The notes beneath the pieces are model-generated. The model had not been told where the DNA came from and ran no database searches. It worked only from the letters and a program-made list of their open reading frames with translations. The position numbers and the translations under genes are program-made. A stretch of 64,000 nucleotides of DNA from Malacoraja senta (taxonomy: Eukaryota), in NCBI GenBank assembly GCA_038087875.1, contig JAXLNO010000263.1:1-64000 (forward strand), read 5' to 3'. Shown piece by piece: positions 62,932 through 64,000 of this stretch (position 1 is its first letter; each line of letters begins with the position of its first letter).

Positions 62932-63953
62932 TAGCAATGTTACAAAATTTGGAGATTTAAAAAATCAAGTCTGCAATTTATCCCATCAGATAAAGCATAA
63001 AAAGAAGTTTAATTTGACACCTAATTCACTTTCATATCTTCAGTATTAAAAAAGTTATGGCCATTTTCATACTCGGAAATTAGCATCTTGTTCCCTATTG
63101 CTTTTCCATTCTTAACACAAAAGCTGCAATCGAGGACAGTCAAAAGCCCATAACTTTCTTAAAAATTAAGAGAACTGAAATAAATGTTCAGTTATTATAG
63201 ATTGAAGCATTCTGAAACAAGTATGAAACAATCTTACTTGGATGACCTGAAATTAAAGCATATAATTAGTTAGTTACCTAATTGTAGCTAATTACAAAAT
63301 TCAATTACTAGATCTAAACATCTATCCATTTCTTAAGAAAAGATTAACATTTTTAAATAGCCTAAATGTCCAAATAACATTCACACAAGAATTCACAATA
63401 TAACGTGATTTTTAAATCTCATTGTCATGAATTTATAGGCCAAATGGAAGGAATTTAGTGTTTAATTCCCGTAAATTAATGGCCATTTAAATCATCTTGC
63501 GAGTGAGATTTTGTGGAACGCGATCGATTGGAACGTTGCAGTTGCGGTGAATTTAAACCCCATATCAGCAGGAAAAATACTGCCAGTTCGTATGGTGCCT
63601 AAATCACCTTTTCGCAATGTAAAATTTGGATTAAGGTAATCCTAAGAAGCACGTTTATATGTAAAATAAACGGCTTACCTTTAGCTGTCCCGTACGTGAA
63701 ATCCGTCCCGTTGTCAGCGGTGACGGCATTAGAAGCGGATTTTTATTTTACTCCAGCGCTGAAATTGTCCCGCGCTTTAAAAAAATGGCAGTCGGAACAA
63801 TTCTTCAGCATTAGCTAGCAGCCCGAGAAAATATATCTCGGACAGGCAGGAGAAAACCGCATTTTAACCCCCCCCCTCAAAGGCACCAAAGTCGCGCACA
63901 CGGCCAGTGGCATAACTGCAGCGCCGTTGAAGGTAAGTTTTGTAACATACCTA
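62932..63953. mobile_element. Non-autonomous TIR DNA transposon with TAG...CTA ends and a 7-bp TSD
   Basis: TIR TAG(CA/GT)ATGTTACAAAA; TSD CTACAGT (62925-62931, 63954-63960). Confidence 0.78.
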
Positions 63954-64000
63954 CTACAGTATATCGTAATTGATCAATCACGGTCCCTCTATTGATCGCT

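Overview
Vertebrate genomic DNA, most likely a cartilaginous fish (skate/ray-like, inferred from HE1/V-SINE-type SINEs, CR1, Penelope and Rex/Babar repeats). The window holds 25 consecutive GT-AG coding exons on the + strand (8728-62487; 1489 nt, about 496 aa) of a type IX collagen alpha-2-like gene (col9a2). They correspond to human exons 6-30: end of COL3, a 17-aa NC3 with the EGSAD glycosaminoglycan site and CPxxCP, an uninterrupted 339-aa COL2, a 30-aa NC2 and the start of COL1. Exons 1-5 and 31-32 were not found. The protein is divergent and proline-poor and has a Cys in NC2. Introns are dense in transposons: CR1 and Rex/Babar LINE fragments, Penelope-like elements carrying minimal hammerhead-ribozyme motifs, fold-back Penelope derivatives, tRNA-derived SINEs, PIF/Harbinger-type MITEs, a hAT element, a TIR element with a 7-bp TSD, and several minisatellites. 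Comparisons with human sequences are from memory and need alignment; most repeat boundaries are approximate.
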